From contig CP121329.1 in NCBI GenBank assembly GCA_048571035.1, positions 2,978,455-3,042,454 of the forward strand: a DNA stretch of 64,000 nucleotides, written 5' to 3'. The notes beneath the pieces are model-generated. The model did no database searches, was not told the DNA's origin, and was given only the letters and a program-made list of their open reading frames with translations. Of this stretch, positions 1-9,604 are shown piece by piece. The position numbers and the translations under genes are program-made. This DNA is from Gammaproteobacteria bacterium (GTDB lineage: Bacteria; Pseudomonadota; Gammaproteobacteria; Pseudomonadales; Azotimanducaceae). The number at the start of each line of letters is the position of its first letter. Within the stretch, counting starts at the first letter, position 1.

Positions 1-22
1 TAAACACAGTGAAGGAAACGCT

Positions 23-310
23 ATGGCAAACGAAGGCTACCACGAACCGATTGACGAGCTGAGTGATGCTACCCGAGACATGCACAGGGCGATTACATCG
101 CTGATGGAAGAACTCGAAGCGGTCGATTGGTACAATCAGCGGGTTGATGCCTGTAAAGACGACGAGCTCAAAGCAATTCTTGCGCACAACCGAGATGAAG
201 AAAAAGAGCACGCAGCAATGGTGTTGGAGTGGATCCGGCGTAAAGATCCCCGCTTCGACAAAGAGCTGAAAGACTATATTTTTACCGAAAAACCCATAGC
301 TCATAAATAG
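23..310 (+). CDS. Encapsulin-associated ferritin-like protein (EncFtn/Flp family)
   Basis: 95 aa; MANEGYHEP start, SLMEELEAVDWYNQR and AHNRDEEKEHAAMVLEW ferroxidase motifs; GAAGGA Shine-Dalgarno (SD) upstream. Confidence 0.9.
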   Translation: MANEGYHEPIDELSDATRDMHRAITSLMEELEAVDWYNQRVDACKDDELKAILAHNRDEEKEHAAMVLEWIRRKDPRFDKELKDYIFTEKPIAHK

Positions 311-351
311 CTAAACGCGAACGGGTCCGCTCAATCCAGGCTGACCGGTGC

Positions 352-2007
352 TCAGCTGGCGGTAGCAACGGTAGAGGTTGTCTCAGGGCTGGCCTGATTC
401 AGACGTTCGGCAACTTTCACGCTTTGTTCTGCAATGCGCAGAGCACTGCGAAGCAGCTCCAGAGTAGTGTTAAGGCCACTCAGGGGAATCTGGCCAACGG
501 TTGCCTTCTGCAACAGATTGCTTTTCAGATCATGCCACTGTTTACGCAGGGATTTGTATTGAGCATCAAGGCTTTCCGTGTCGATGTTTTCCGTTTGGAG
601 ATCACACGCGCGCAGCAACGCCAGGACGCTGGTCAGGTAGTGTTCGCAGATTTCCCCGGCGGCACTGCCTCGAATGTGCTGCAGATCAGCCGCCTGATGG
701 GCAATCTCTTCCGCCAGCGTGCCTACTTCTGCCAGGTAGTTGTTAACTCGCAATATTGAGGATAATTCGACGGCGGTAGCTTCGCCAAGGCGCTCTCGTT
801 CTAGTTGATTGACAAAAGATTCTACACCTTCGTTCAGTGAGTTCAGTGCCAGGTGCAGGTGTTCGATCTCGCTGACATGTGCGCCCTTAATTGCAGCTAT
901 AGCGTGTTGTTGGGAAAGGTCTGCCATGCGTCGCAGTTCAAGTCGCAACGCATCTATTGCAAGCGCTGGCGACACCATGACGTTCTTGTCCAGATGTACA
1001 GGCTGTCCGAGTTGTTCAGCGACAGTCTTGAAGCGGCCCTGTAGAAACGTGGCAAGCTGTTGGGTGTATGCCCACATGATGGCCACCCCCAGAATATTGA
1101 ATACGCTATGGAAGATGGCGAGATTGACAGCCACCATTGCCTGCAGGCCAAAGGTCTCGCTGGTCCAGGCAACCAGTTTCAGCAGGATGGGCAACAGCAG
1201 CAATGCAACCGCGCCGGTAACTACATTGAAAATAACATGGGCAGCGGCAACCCGCTTTGCGTTTGAGGTTGCGCCGATAACCGATAACGCCGCCGTCGAT
1301 GTGGTACCTACGTTGGCGCCAATTACCATCGCAGCGGCAGCATCCAAAGCCAGAACGCCGCCGGTTGCAGCGGTTAAAGTAATCGCGATCGCTGCGCTTG
1401 AGGACTGGGTTAGCAGCGTGGCCAAAAATCCCGCCACCACGTAAAGCAGGAGTCCAAGTATGGAATCGCTAGACAAAGACGTCAGATCCATGCCAGCGGC
1501 AAACCCCTGAAATGCCTCACGCAGCACATCGATACCAATAAAAAACAGGCCAAAACCCGCAATGGCTTCTCCCAGCGCTCCTAGCCTGTTTGAGGCGCCG
1601 GCAAGCCGCATCGCCATGCCGATACCTATCATTGGTAAAGCGAACAGCTCAATTTTAAATTCAAAGCCAACGACGGCGACCAGCCACGCGGTCATGGTTG
1701 TGCCGATGTTTGCGCCATACACAATGCCGAGGGCCTGCAGCAGATTCAGCAAGCCCGCATTTACAAAGCCGATTGTGGCAACGGTCACCGCGCTTGAGGA
1801 CTGCACCAGGGAGGTCATCAGAATACCGGATACAACGCCACGCAGCGGTGTCCTGGTCGAACGAGTGAGAATCTCCCGCAATGCATCACCAGCGGCGAGT
1901 TTTAAACCGTCTGTGATCATCGTAACAGCGAGCAGAAAAAGACCCAGCCCACCGAGCAGTGAACCGATGGTAAACACGAGATGTATGTTGGTCTGTTGTT
2001 CTAGCAC
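352..2007 (-). CDS. Na/Pi cotransporter family protein with C-terminal PhoU-like domain
   Basis: Repeated QSSSA and GANIGTT/GANVGTT motifs, multiple TM helices, helical soluble tail. Confidence 0.9.
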   Translation of the reverse strand: MLEQQTNIHLVFTIGSLLGGLGLFLLAVTMITDGLKLAAGDALREILTRSTRTPLRGVVSGILMTSLVQSSSAVTVATIGFVNAGLLNLLQALGIVYGANIGTTMTAWLVAVVGFEFKIELFALPMIGIGMAMRLAGASNRLGALGEAIAGFGLFFIGIDVLREAFQGFAAGMDLTSLSSDSILGLLLYVVAGFLATLLTQSSSAAIAITLTAATGGVLALDAAAAMVIGANVGTTSTAALSVIGATSNAKRVAAAHVIFNVVTGAVALLLLPILLKLVAWTSETFGLQAMVAVNLAIFHSVFNILGVAIMWAYTQQLATFLQGRFKTVAEQLGQPVHLDKNVMVSPALAIDALRLELRRMADLSQQHAIAAIKGAHVSEIEHLHLALNSLNEGVESFVNQLERERLGEATAVELSSILRVNNYLAEVGTLAEEIAHQAADLQHIRGSAAGEICEHYLTSVLALLRACDLQTENIDTESLDAQYKSLRKQWHDLKSNLLQKATVGQIPLSGLNTTLELLRSALRIAEQSVKVAERLNQASPETTSTVATAS

Positions 2008-2040
2008 GACACAGCAGGTTTGATGTTACAACTTAACAGA

Positions 2041-2649
2041 CTAACTGTATCTGTGATGTGCCGGCAGCTTCAAGGGTTTCGAATTCAGCAGGCGCGCAAT
2101 CTGGCCACGGCTGGTGAGGCGTAGGAATGCGATATCTTCATAGGTGTCAGAGTGCATCAGATTTTCGTACTTGTCGCGTGTGGGATAGTAGTGGGTGATT
2201 GACCACCAGATGATCGATTCTCTTGAAAGGAAAGCTTTTTTCAGAGATTCGCGATTGCCAGTATTGGGCCACAACTCCTTTTTAGAAAACGATCTTTTTA
2301 TGGCGCGACGCGTGACTCGATAGGTTGTGGTTAGAAAAGGGAGATCTATCCAGACAAGTAGCTGCGCTCTGTTGATCTTGATGTCGAAAGTCCGGGAGTA
2401 GTTGCCATCCAATACCCATTCTGACCGCGCAGCGACTTGTGCAACCTTAGGTAAAAACTCGTTGTCGGTGGACTCTACCCAATCTGGTTTCCAGAATAAT
2501 GCATCCATTTCAAAGCAGGGTAAATCCAGCGCTGCTGCAAGGTTGTTCGCAAAAGTAGACTTTCCACTGCCGGATGTACCGATGACATTTATGCGTTGGT
2601 ACCCAGACAGGTCAGCAAGCGAAATTGTTTCAGCGTTCAGGCTATTCAT
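2041..2649 (-). CDS. P-loop kinase, adenylate-kinase-like (topology modulation protein/FlaR-like)
   Basis: RINVIGTSGSGKST Walker A, MDALFWKPDW, WVLDGNY. Confidence 0.75.
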   Translation of the reverse strand: MNSLNAETISLADLSGYQRINVIGTSGSGKSTFANNLAAALDLPCFEMDALFWKPDWVESTDNEFLPKVAQVAARSEWVLDGNYSRTFDIKINRAQLLVWIDLPFLTTTYRVTRRAIKRSFSKKELWPNTGNRESLKKAFLSRESIIWWSITHYYPTRDKYENLMHSDTYEDIAFLRLTSRGQIARLLNSKPLKLPAHHRYS

Positions 2650-3686
2650 ATCTTGGGGTTTTGTTGAGCGTGCCGGGTAATAATCTGTTGCGCTGCCTGT
2701 TGCACAAATATCTCTGTGCTGTTGCGGCGTGCAGCTTCGATTTGGGGTTCAAGTCCCCAGCTGTGCATTGTTGCCAGCGCGGCAAAACCACCGTAAACAT
2801 CCCACAGCGGTTGATCGCTGAAGTCTAAATCTGAGTGTGCCTGGTAGTGTTCTGTGAATGCTGTCACCGCATCGGGCCCATACATGGCCATGATTTCAGC
2901 GCGGCAACAGGCAAGGTCTGACACTGGTGTGCCTGTCGCTGCATCTTCCCAGTCTATAACCGCGGCGATCTGGTTGTTGTACCAGATGATGTTCCCGGGC
3001 CAGAAATCCCCGTGCAGGATGCTCGCTGGCACATCTGTGGTCTGCCAATCTGAGATTGCTCCACGAAGTTCAGACCATTGGGGTGTACCAGGAATGTACA
3101 GCAACGCGCCTGCAACTGGGTCTTCTTGTGCCGGCAGGCCCGGCACCACAACGCTATCTGGCTCAAGTTGATGTAAGCGCAACAAAAACTCCGACATACC
3201 GTACATCGCACTTTCGACTCTGGACTGTGGAACGTCTGTGGTGCCTTCAATCATCCTCATCACTGCGTATGGTGTGGGTAGAATCTCGCAGGTGGTGTCT
3301 AACAGAATCTGTTCGGCAACGGGCAGGCCCTTCTGAAACAGCGCCTGCTGAAGCCTGAATTCGATTTCAATGGTATGTTCAGCCTGCTCCTTCCATTCGT
3401 GCTCTCCAGCACGACGAACCACGAAGCGTGTTTGTTTTCCGTCAGGCATTTCCAGCTCTAAAGCATCGATGAAAGCCGATACTCCGCCGGTCAGAGGCCA
3501 GTGTCGGCTAAGAGTGGCATCTTTGGCGATACGACGACTGATGGATTGGAAGGCGATTGAGCGCTCGACGTCATTCATTCTGATCAGATTCTTGGAGCCC
3601 CGGGAATGGGTCCATCGTAACTTCCTTTCGAGTACTGAACTACCCGAAAAAAGCAGCCTTGCGACGAACTTCGAATAGGCAGACAC
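2646..3686 (-). CDS. Aminoglycoside/choline phosphotransferase (APH) family kinase
   Basis: LHGDFWPGNI catalytic loop and VIDWEDA; true start may be downstream of the ORF-track start; stop overlaps next start. Confidence 0.75.
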   Translation of the reverse strand: MSAYSKFVARLLFSGSSVLERKLRWTHSRGSKNLIRMNDVERSIAFQSISRRIAKDATLSRHWPLTGGVSAFIDALELEMPDGKQTRFVVRRAGEHEWKEQAEHTIEIEFRLQQALFQKGLPVAEQILLDTTCEILPTPYAVMRMIEGTTDVPQSRVESAMYGMSEFLLRLHQLEPDSVVVPGLPAQEDPVAGALLYIPGTPQWSELRGAISDWQTTDVPASILHGDFWPGNIIWYNNQIAAVIDWEDAATGTPVSDLACCRAEIMAMYGPDAVTAFTEHYQAHSDLDFSDQPLWDVYGGFAALATMHSWGLEPQIEAARRNSTEIFVQQAAQQIITRHAQQNPKI

Positions 3687-3714
3687 TGAAACCGCACTTT
3701 GAAAACGGTGAAAC

Positions 3715-4467
3715 GTGATGGTTTCAGAAGCTTCAGATCAACCAGCACACCCGATGGATAACATCCCCATCAGGAACCTGCGTTTTGACACTGAGAAACT
3801 GCAAGGCGAAAGTGCATTGTGGAGCCGTAGCCAGCCTGATTTTTCAATGTTCATTAACGCGCTTGGCATTCACGTACCTTACTTTGAAAGATTTCTGGTA
3901 GCAGTTTTCCGCAATGTGCGCACTGATATTGAAGACGCGGATCTTCTGCTTGATGTGAAAGGAATTATTGGTCAGGAGGCTCATCACGCCTTCAATCTCG
4001 TTCGTTGGAATGAGGTGATGTCTGCCAACTACCCCCGAATAGGTGAGCTGGAAGCGGATGCAGATAAACATTTTTCAGACATGCTGGCAGAGCGCAGCAG
4101 ATTCTTTCGGGTTGGTTATGTTGCTGGCTACGAAACATTCACTTTTTTAGCAGGCGCCATCATTCTGGATCGGTATGAAGAAACGTTGCGCGCTTACTTA
4201 CATATGGGACGAGTAGAAGGGTTCTGGCGTCAGCCCGCCCGTGGTATTAAAGCAGCGAAGTTTTTTGCACGTTTTGCCGCAGACCTGGCTCTCTCTGCGC
4301 TAAAGCACAGTTACCACCCGCGCAGCCATCCTATCTGTAATAATCAACAGAATAAGATAGCGTTGGCGTGGCGAGAAAGATACGACGCGGGCTTGACCAC
4401 CCTGGCGATTGCGCAAGGGGACTTAACCGCTGCGTTATATTCAACAGCAGGAGACCCCGGTAAATGA
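3715..4467 (+). pseudogene. Predicted metal-dependent hydrolase (ferritin-like fold), apparently with an in-frame internal deletion
   Basis: IGQEAHH and VAGYETFT motifs and YHPR tail are present; the WHxxEExEH segment expected after ILDRYEE is absent. Confidence 0.5.
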
Positions 4468-4946
4468 GTACACAAGCCACTGCGATGGTGCGCAGAATAT
4501 TAGCGCACGCGATGCTGGTACTGATTGTTGGCCTGGTTGCTGGAGTTCTGCTGACTTTTTCGCTGCTCGGTGAAGTTGCACTATGGCCCCTGCCGGCAAT
4601 CGATTGGCAGATCTTTGGCTCTACCCGTGGCTGGCAGGCAGCACACGTGGGCGGCATTTTGAATGCAGTCATGTTGGTGGCTTTGGCCTGGACACTGAAC
4701 TGGCTCAACGTGTCCGGGCGCGCGCTTAACTGGGCGGGCTGGGGTCTTATCTACACCGGCTGGGGGAACACGGTGTTTTACTGGGCCGGGAATCTGGCTG
4801 GCAACCGAGGTCTATCTGTAACGGACACTGTTTTTGGCCCTGGCGACTTGATGGGTGCGCTGTCCTACTTTGGTGGTGCCAGTGCCATGTTTGCGACTTT
4901 CATTGCCGTCATTATTCTAGCGCGCACTGCCCTGCGCAACGAGTAG
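4464..4946 (+). CDS. Styrene-oxide isomerase (StyC)-like membrane heme protein
   Basis: GSTRGWQAAHVGGILN, GWGNTVFYW and NRGLSVTDTVFGPGD match StyC motifs (GSPEGWARAHSGPALN, GWANVGFYF, NRGLTFGPNQFGPGD, recalled from memory); 4 hydrophobic helices. Confidence 0.8.
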   Translation: MSTQATAMVRRILAHAMLVLIVGLVAGVLLTFSLLGEVALWPLPAIDWQIFGSTRGWQAAHVGGILNAVMLVALAWTLNWLNVSGRALNWAGWGLIYTGWGNTVFYWAGNLAGNRGLSVTDTVFGPGDLMGALSYFGGASAMFATFIAVIILARTALRNE

Positions 4947-4950
4947 TTCA

Positions 4951-5592
4951 TTGTCAGATCAGGTTCCAGTCACGCTGTGGGGTGCCGGCACCAGCCGGAC
5001 CATGCGACCGGTGTGGGTTGCGGAAGAGCTGGGTATTGCCTACGAACTGAAACCGATTGGACCGCGAACGGGCGAAACGCAGACACCTGAATTCAGCCGG
5101 CTGAACCCAAAACAGAAAATTCCACTGCTGGTAAAGGGCAACCTGTGTTTGTCGGAAAGCTTAGCTATCTGCCGCTATTTGTTAGCGATCTTTCCCAATG
5201 ACACTTTGTATGTACCGCAATCGCCGGAGGCACGCGCTCGAGAAGATGAATGGTGCTGTTACATCTATGGAGAGCTGGATGAAACCAGTCTTTATGTGAT
5301 GCGGCGCCATGGTGACCTGGGGCATATTTATGGTGCGGCTCCTGATGTGGTGTCTGCAGCCGGAGAGTATGCAGCGAAGCACCTTGGGGTGACCGCTGAG
5401 CGGTTGGGAGAGCAGCAATCTGTACTGACAGAAGGCTTCGGCCTGGCCGACATCATGCTGATGACATGTCTTGATTGGGCGTTAGCTTATGACCTGTTGT
5501 TACCTCCAGTACTCATGCGCTATCGCAGCTTTATCGCTCAACGTCCAGCGTACCAGCGCGCAAAGGCGGCTAATTTTGCACGCTCAATCTAG
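4951..5592 (+). CDS. Glutathione S-transferase family protein
   Basis: TSRTMRP, LNPKQKIPLL, LSESLAICRYL, FGLADI. Confidence 0.85.
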   Translation: MSDQVPVTLWGAGTSRTMRPVWVAEELGIAYELKPIGPRTGETQTPEFSRLNPKQKIPLLVKGNLCLSESLAICRYLLAIFPNDTLYVPQSPEARAREDEWCCYIYGELDETSLYVMRRHGDLGHIYGAAPDVVSAAGEYAAKHLGVTAERLGEQQSVLTEGFGLADIMLMTCLDWALAYDLLLPPVLMRYRSFIAQRPAYQRAKAANFARSI

Positions 5593-5659
5593 GCTTGCTC
5601 GCATCCAGCTAATGGCACAATAGCGCTTGTTCGTCTTGCAATAGAATGAGGAGCTAACA

Positions 5660-6424
5660 ATGAAACCAGTCTGTCTGGTAATGGGTGCCGGCGCGGGTAT
5701 TGGCGGTACGGTCGGTAAACGATTTGCGCGGGCAGGCTACCATGCGGTGTTGTGTCGACGCAGTGATCAGGAAGGCCTGGATCGTCTGGTAAATGCAATC
5801 CATGAAAGTGGTGATGAGGCGACTGGTTTTCTGCTGAATGCCGTTGAGGAAGGCAGCATAGAAGAAGCGGTTACTCAGATTGAAAAAGATATCGGCCCAA
5901 TTGAAGTCATCGTGTTTAATCTCGGTGCGCAAATCGGTGATCGATCATTAGATCAAACCACCAACAAAGCCTTTGAAATGGGTTGGCGCATGGCTACTTT
6001 CAGCCTGTTTCGCTTGGCGTCAGCGGTATGCCCGCTGATGGTTGAGCGCGGTAAAGGTACTATCCTGGTGACATCAGCGACTGCCGCAGTTCGTGGTAAT
6101 GCGGGTCAGCATTCCCACGCTGCCGCGATGGGTGGGCGGCGCATGTTGTGCCAGTCTCTAAATGCAGAGTTTTCCTCGCAGGGTATACACGTCGCTCACA
6201 TCCTGGTGGACGGTATGGTTGATGCGCCGGATACTCTGGGAAAAATGTTAGGGGCGGAAAAGTTTAATGAAGTCCGACAGGCGCGCGGGCTGGAGCACGA
6301 TGGGCTGATCCTGCCTGACAAGGTGGCCGACACTTATCTACATCTGGCGCAACAGCATCGTTCCACCTGGACGTTTGAGCTGGACCTGCGTTCTTTTACA
6401 GATCGGCCCTGGTGGAACCACTGA
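5660..6424 (+). CDS. Short-chain dehydrogenase/reductase (atypical)
   Basis: GAGAGIG Rossmann motif, VFNLGA, GIHVAHILVDG. Confidence 0.9.
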   Translation: MKPVCLVMGAGAGIGGTVGKRFARAGYHAVLCRRSDQEGLDRLVNAIHESGDEATGFLLNAVEEGSIEEAVTQIEKDIGPIEVIVFNLGAQIGDRSLDQTTNKAFEMGWRMATFSLFRLASAVCPLMVERGKGTILVTSATAAVRGNAGQHSHAAAMGGRRMLCQSLNAEFSSQGIHVAHILVDGMVDAPDTLGKMLGAEKFNEVRQARGLEHDGLILPDKVADTYLHLAQQHRSTWTFELDLRSFTDRPWWNH

Positions 6425-7269
6425 TGTCTTTATCATTAATGCAGTTGATGGCGGTACAAGCCGCTGAAGATCAGGATCATTTTCTGGGCCAGGCTGAAGC
6501 CTATGGAGTAATGGGCATCTATGGTGGACATTTTGTGGGTCAGGCCCTTGCGGCGGGTTTTGCGACAGTCGAAGCCCCTAAGCTGGCTCAGTCCTTCCAC
6601 TGTTATTTCCTGCTGCCTGGTGACCCTGGTGTGCCCATACACTATGCCGTAACAAGGTTGAGAGAGGGGCGTGGTTCAGATGTTCGCAATATCATTGCCT
6701 ATCAGAAAAATCGTCCGGTCTTTCAGATGACAGCAAGTTTCAAATTGTCCGAAGCGGGAGATGTACATCAACCTGAGATGCCTGTGGTTCGGGACGTGGA
6801 ATCTTTGCTGGAAGAGCTGAAGTCACGCGAACCTCAATTCAACCCGCCGCCGACATTAGAAGGCAGAACTGAAATGTTGATGGCATCAGATCACTTTATT
6901 CAGCCAGCATACGTGGCAGGGAGAGCTGCAAAACTTCAGCTGTGGATGCGTTGCAACAGCGATCATCCGCTATCACAGCGCGAGTCGCAGATTGCGTTGG
7001 CTTTTATGTCAGACAGCACGTTGATGTTTAACTCAGTTATTCCACATGGGTTGCCGTTTCAAACCCACCGTCTGACCAGTATTGATCATGCTGTCTGGTT
7101 TCATCGACCTGCCGACGCGACCGAGTGGATGCTGTTTGACCAGCGCAGCAGCGCTGCTGCAGACGGCCGGGGAATGAATCACGGTGAGTTGTACGACCGC
7201 CAGGGGCAACTGATAATGACAGCTGCGCAGGAATCAATGTTGCGGAAAATTGTAGATAAGAAGGAATGA
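6424..7269 (+). CDS. tesB: Acyl-CoA thioesterase II (TesB family)
   Basis: YGGHFVGQAL, SFHCYFL, SIDHAVWFHRP, QESMLR; ATG at 6424 overlaps the SDR TGA. Confidence 0.85.
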   Translation: MSLSLMQLMAVQAAEDQDHFLGQAEAYGVMGIYGGHFVGQALAAGFATVEAPKLAQSFHCYFLLPGDPGVPIHYAVTRLREGRGSDVRNIIAYQKNRPVFQMTASFKLSEAGDVHQPEMPVVRDVESLLEELKSREPQFNPPPTLEGRTEMLMASDHFIQPAYVAGRAAKLQLWMRCNSDHPLSQRESQIALAFMSDSTLMFNSVIPHGLPFQTHRLTSIDHAVWFHRPADATEWMLFDQRSSAAADGRGMNHGELYDRQGQLIMTAAQESMLRKIVDKKE

Positions 7270-7288
7270 GCGATCGCGCCAGCCAGTT

Positions 7289-9547
7289 TCAGCCTCGCGT
7301 AGTGCCGCGCGCTGTTTTACTGCGCTGCTTCGGCTTTTTATTACCTTTCAAAGTTTTCTTACTGCTCTGTTTCCAGTCGTAGCTGGACAAAGACAACCGC
7401 CACCACTTCGGGAGCGGCTGCTTGGTATGCTGATCGTAAGCTTTTATGAGAAGTTCGCGATCAGGCCATGCCAGTTTGTAACAGATGCGATTCAGGTCTT
7501 TAAAACGCATGCGCGCCTTGTTGGAAAGTGGCTTGTCGATGATCGCGCGGCCGATATCAATTAAATAGAACTCTACGTCTCCATCCCGGCAGGTCATCAT
7601 CAAATTCCCTGACGATAAATCTCTGTGGATAATGCCCCGCCAGTGCATATGGGCAACAAATTTTCCTATGCGTAGCAGCCAATCCTCTTTCTCAATACCT
7701 TGGTACTGGACCTGACCGTTCTTGAAGGCTGTGAAGACGTCGCGGCAGGAAAACGCATTTTCAATGAACTGGCAGATGTAGTAGCTGTCTGCCGCGTTGC
7801 TGCTGGTCTGTTCAAAAAACCCCAGCGGTTCAGGTGTAGTTACGCCCAATCGCAACATCTCGGTAGCATTGTTCCAGTGCCTTTTACCCTTGCTGGGTAA
7901 AAACTTGTAGGTGAACTTTTTGATGCCCTTGGCGCGGTTGAGTTTGACTGTTTGCTCGCCGGGCCCCCACCAGGGGGCCTGAATATTCCACAACTTGTTA
8001 CGTTTGTCTCGGAGGACTTTGCATTGCGGTAATGTCGGTAACAGGCCTGGGATGTCATCTCCTTCCGGCGCTTCAGCCTGCGCACCCTCAGGAAGCGTAT
8101 AGGTACCTCGCCACCGCTCACTGATGAGCGTTTGCGTCATCTTATTTGCACGTGGCCAGTAAACAACATCATGCAATGCCTCGCGGGCAATGTGCTTGAG
8201 AGTATTGACATCTGGAGCTGTCACGACGGTTGGCCAACGCGCTATCAGGGGTTGTTCTGTAATAGATCGAGGTGTTTCCTTCAACTCTTCACCTTCAGGT
8301 GTGTAGAAGGTCGCTTCTGAGAGATCTGCTGAGTTGTACAGAGTGTCCAGCGGGAAAATATTTCTATCCGCGCACCAGACTATATGCCAGTTATCCAGTT
8401 GAGAGTTTTTGAAAACAAAGTGATGCACGCCATCAATGTTTGTATGCGCGCTCAGGCATTGAGCGCCGCGTAACACTTTTATGCTGAAACGCAGCGCGTT
8501 GTAGGCTGCGGTTGGCGAGAACTTGTCGACCTCGCCGCGAATCTCGCGGTAGTAGCTGACGTTGTCTATGTCAGGATAACTGGTGTCGCCGCAGCCGATA
8601 AGACCGTCGCGCTGGCAGATCAGAGGGCCCCAGTAGACTCGATCCAGTGTGCCACCGGCAGCGGCAATAACGAGATAACGCATGAGATAGTCAGCGTTCT
8701 TTTTTTCCGGTGTGGCGGACCAGCGGGTCAGGCGCTTCCGACTCCAGCAGGTGTATGTACAGTATGTCTTTGCGATGCCGTTCTGGCGACTTATTTCCTG
8801 AAGGATGCCAGCCTTCTTGGTCAGGTTAAGGCTCAGCCATCGTGTTGCCAATTTGCTGGCAACACGATGATCGAATGCCTCCGGCTCCACGACGCGTTCA
8901 ACAAAAAGATTGTTTGTGTGAACCGAAGGCATTGAGTGCAGTTTGCCCATCGCGTTCAAGAACCCCACATTGTATACAGGTTCAAAGTCCGAGACGTTCG
9001 GTCCTGCCAATGTTCTGCCGGCTTCTTCGGCAACCTTGGCGGCTATTTGCCATGCGGCCAGATAGCTCTGGGCGCTATAGCCGGACCAGCGACCTCGGTT
9101 GGGCGTGTTACCGATTTCGATGGCGCCAAGGCGAGTACCATGAAGCCGAATAACACTCTCCACAAACTCACGCCAGCGAGACTGTGCCTGGGTATCTTTC
9201 GCCATGCCTGCCGCGTCTTGCTTAAGCGGCAATAAAGCCAGCAAGACATCGAAGCCTTCATCCAGCAAGCGTAGTAAAAACCGCTCGGTTGCTGCACCTA
9301 TGGCGTCATAGCTATAGCTGAGGCGAACGTTCTGGATATCCAGGTCGCGTAAGGCACTAACAACATAATCATCGCAGCTCGGATCATCGGACGTGGCAAC
9401 GTTGATGCCAATGAAGTCCATAGGCACGTCTGTGTTGTGTTCTATGTCGTGATGCAGTCGCAACCATTGGGGAACGCCTTTAATGGCGTGGAGAACACCG
9501 ACAGCTGTATGTCGCCAGAGGGCGGATTTTTGGAGTAAAGCTGTCAT
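7289..9547 (-). CDS. Fusion of an N-terminal GH-A clan-like TIM barrel and a C-terminal LPS kinase (Kdo/WaaP/InaA family)
   Basis: N-terminal AIEIGNTPN and TLAGPNVSDF; C-terminal GIIHRDLSSGNLM and LIDIGR. Confidence 0.75.
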   Translation of the reverse strand: MTALLQKSALWRHTAVGVLHAIKGVPQWLRLHHDIEHNTDVPMDFIGINVATSDDPSCDDYVVSALRDLDIQNVRLSYSYDAIGAATERFLLRLLDEGFDVLLALLPLKQDAAGMAKDTQAQSRWREFVESVIRLHGTRLGAIEIGNTPNRGRWSGYSAQSYLAAWQIAAKVAEEAGRTLAGPNVSDFEPVYNVGFLNAMGKLHSMPSVHTNNLFVERVVEPEAFDHRVASKLATRWLSLNLTKKAGILQEISRQNGIAKTYCTYTCWSRKRLTRWSATPEKKNADYLMRYLVIAAAGGTLDRVYWGPLICQRDGLIGCGDTSYPDIDNVSYYREIRGEVDKFSPTAAYNALRFSIKVLRGAQCLSAHTNIDGVHHFVFKNSQLDNWHIVWCADRNIFPLDTLYNSADLSEATFYTPEGEELKETPRSITEQPLIARWPTVVTAPDVNTLKHIAREALHDVVYWPRANKMTQTLISERWRGTYTLPEGAQAEAPEGDDIPGLLPTLPQCKVLRDKRNKLWNIQAPWWGPGEQTVKLNRAKGIKKFTYKFLPSKGKRHWNNATEMLRLGVTTPEPLGFFEQTSSNAADSYYICQFIENAFSCRDVFTAFKNGQVQYQGIEKEDWLLRIGKFVAHMHWRGIIHRDLSSGNLMMTCRDGDVEFYLIDIGRAIIDKPLSNKARMRFKDLNRICYKLAWPDRELLIKAYDQHTKQPLPKWWRLSLSSYDWKQSSKKTLKGNKKPKQRSKTARGTTRG

Positions 9548-9604
9548 GAAGAATCAGCGTAACACACTTGTCGCAGCGCATTCTCAAGCTTTGATCCTGC
9601 AGCG

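Noticed and set aside
809-1444. Long antisense or alternate-frame ORFs (e.g. 809-1444, 9962-10561, 43046-43699, 49545-50153)
   Set aside because: Shadows of well-supported genes, with no motifs or independent signals
352-3686. APH kinase, AK-like kinase and Na/Pi transporter as a phosphate-related system
   Set aside because: Co-orientation only; all are common stand-alone families and nothing links their substrates
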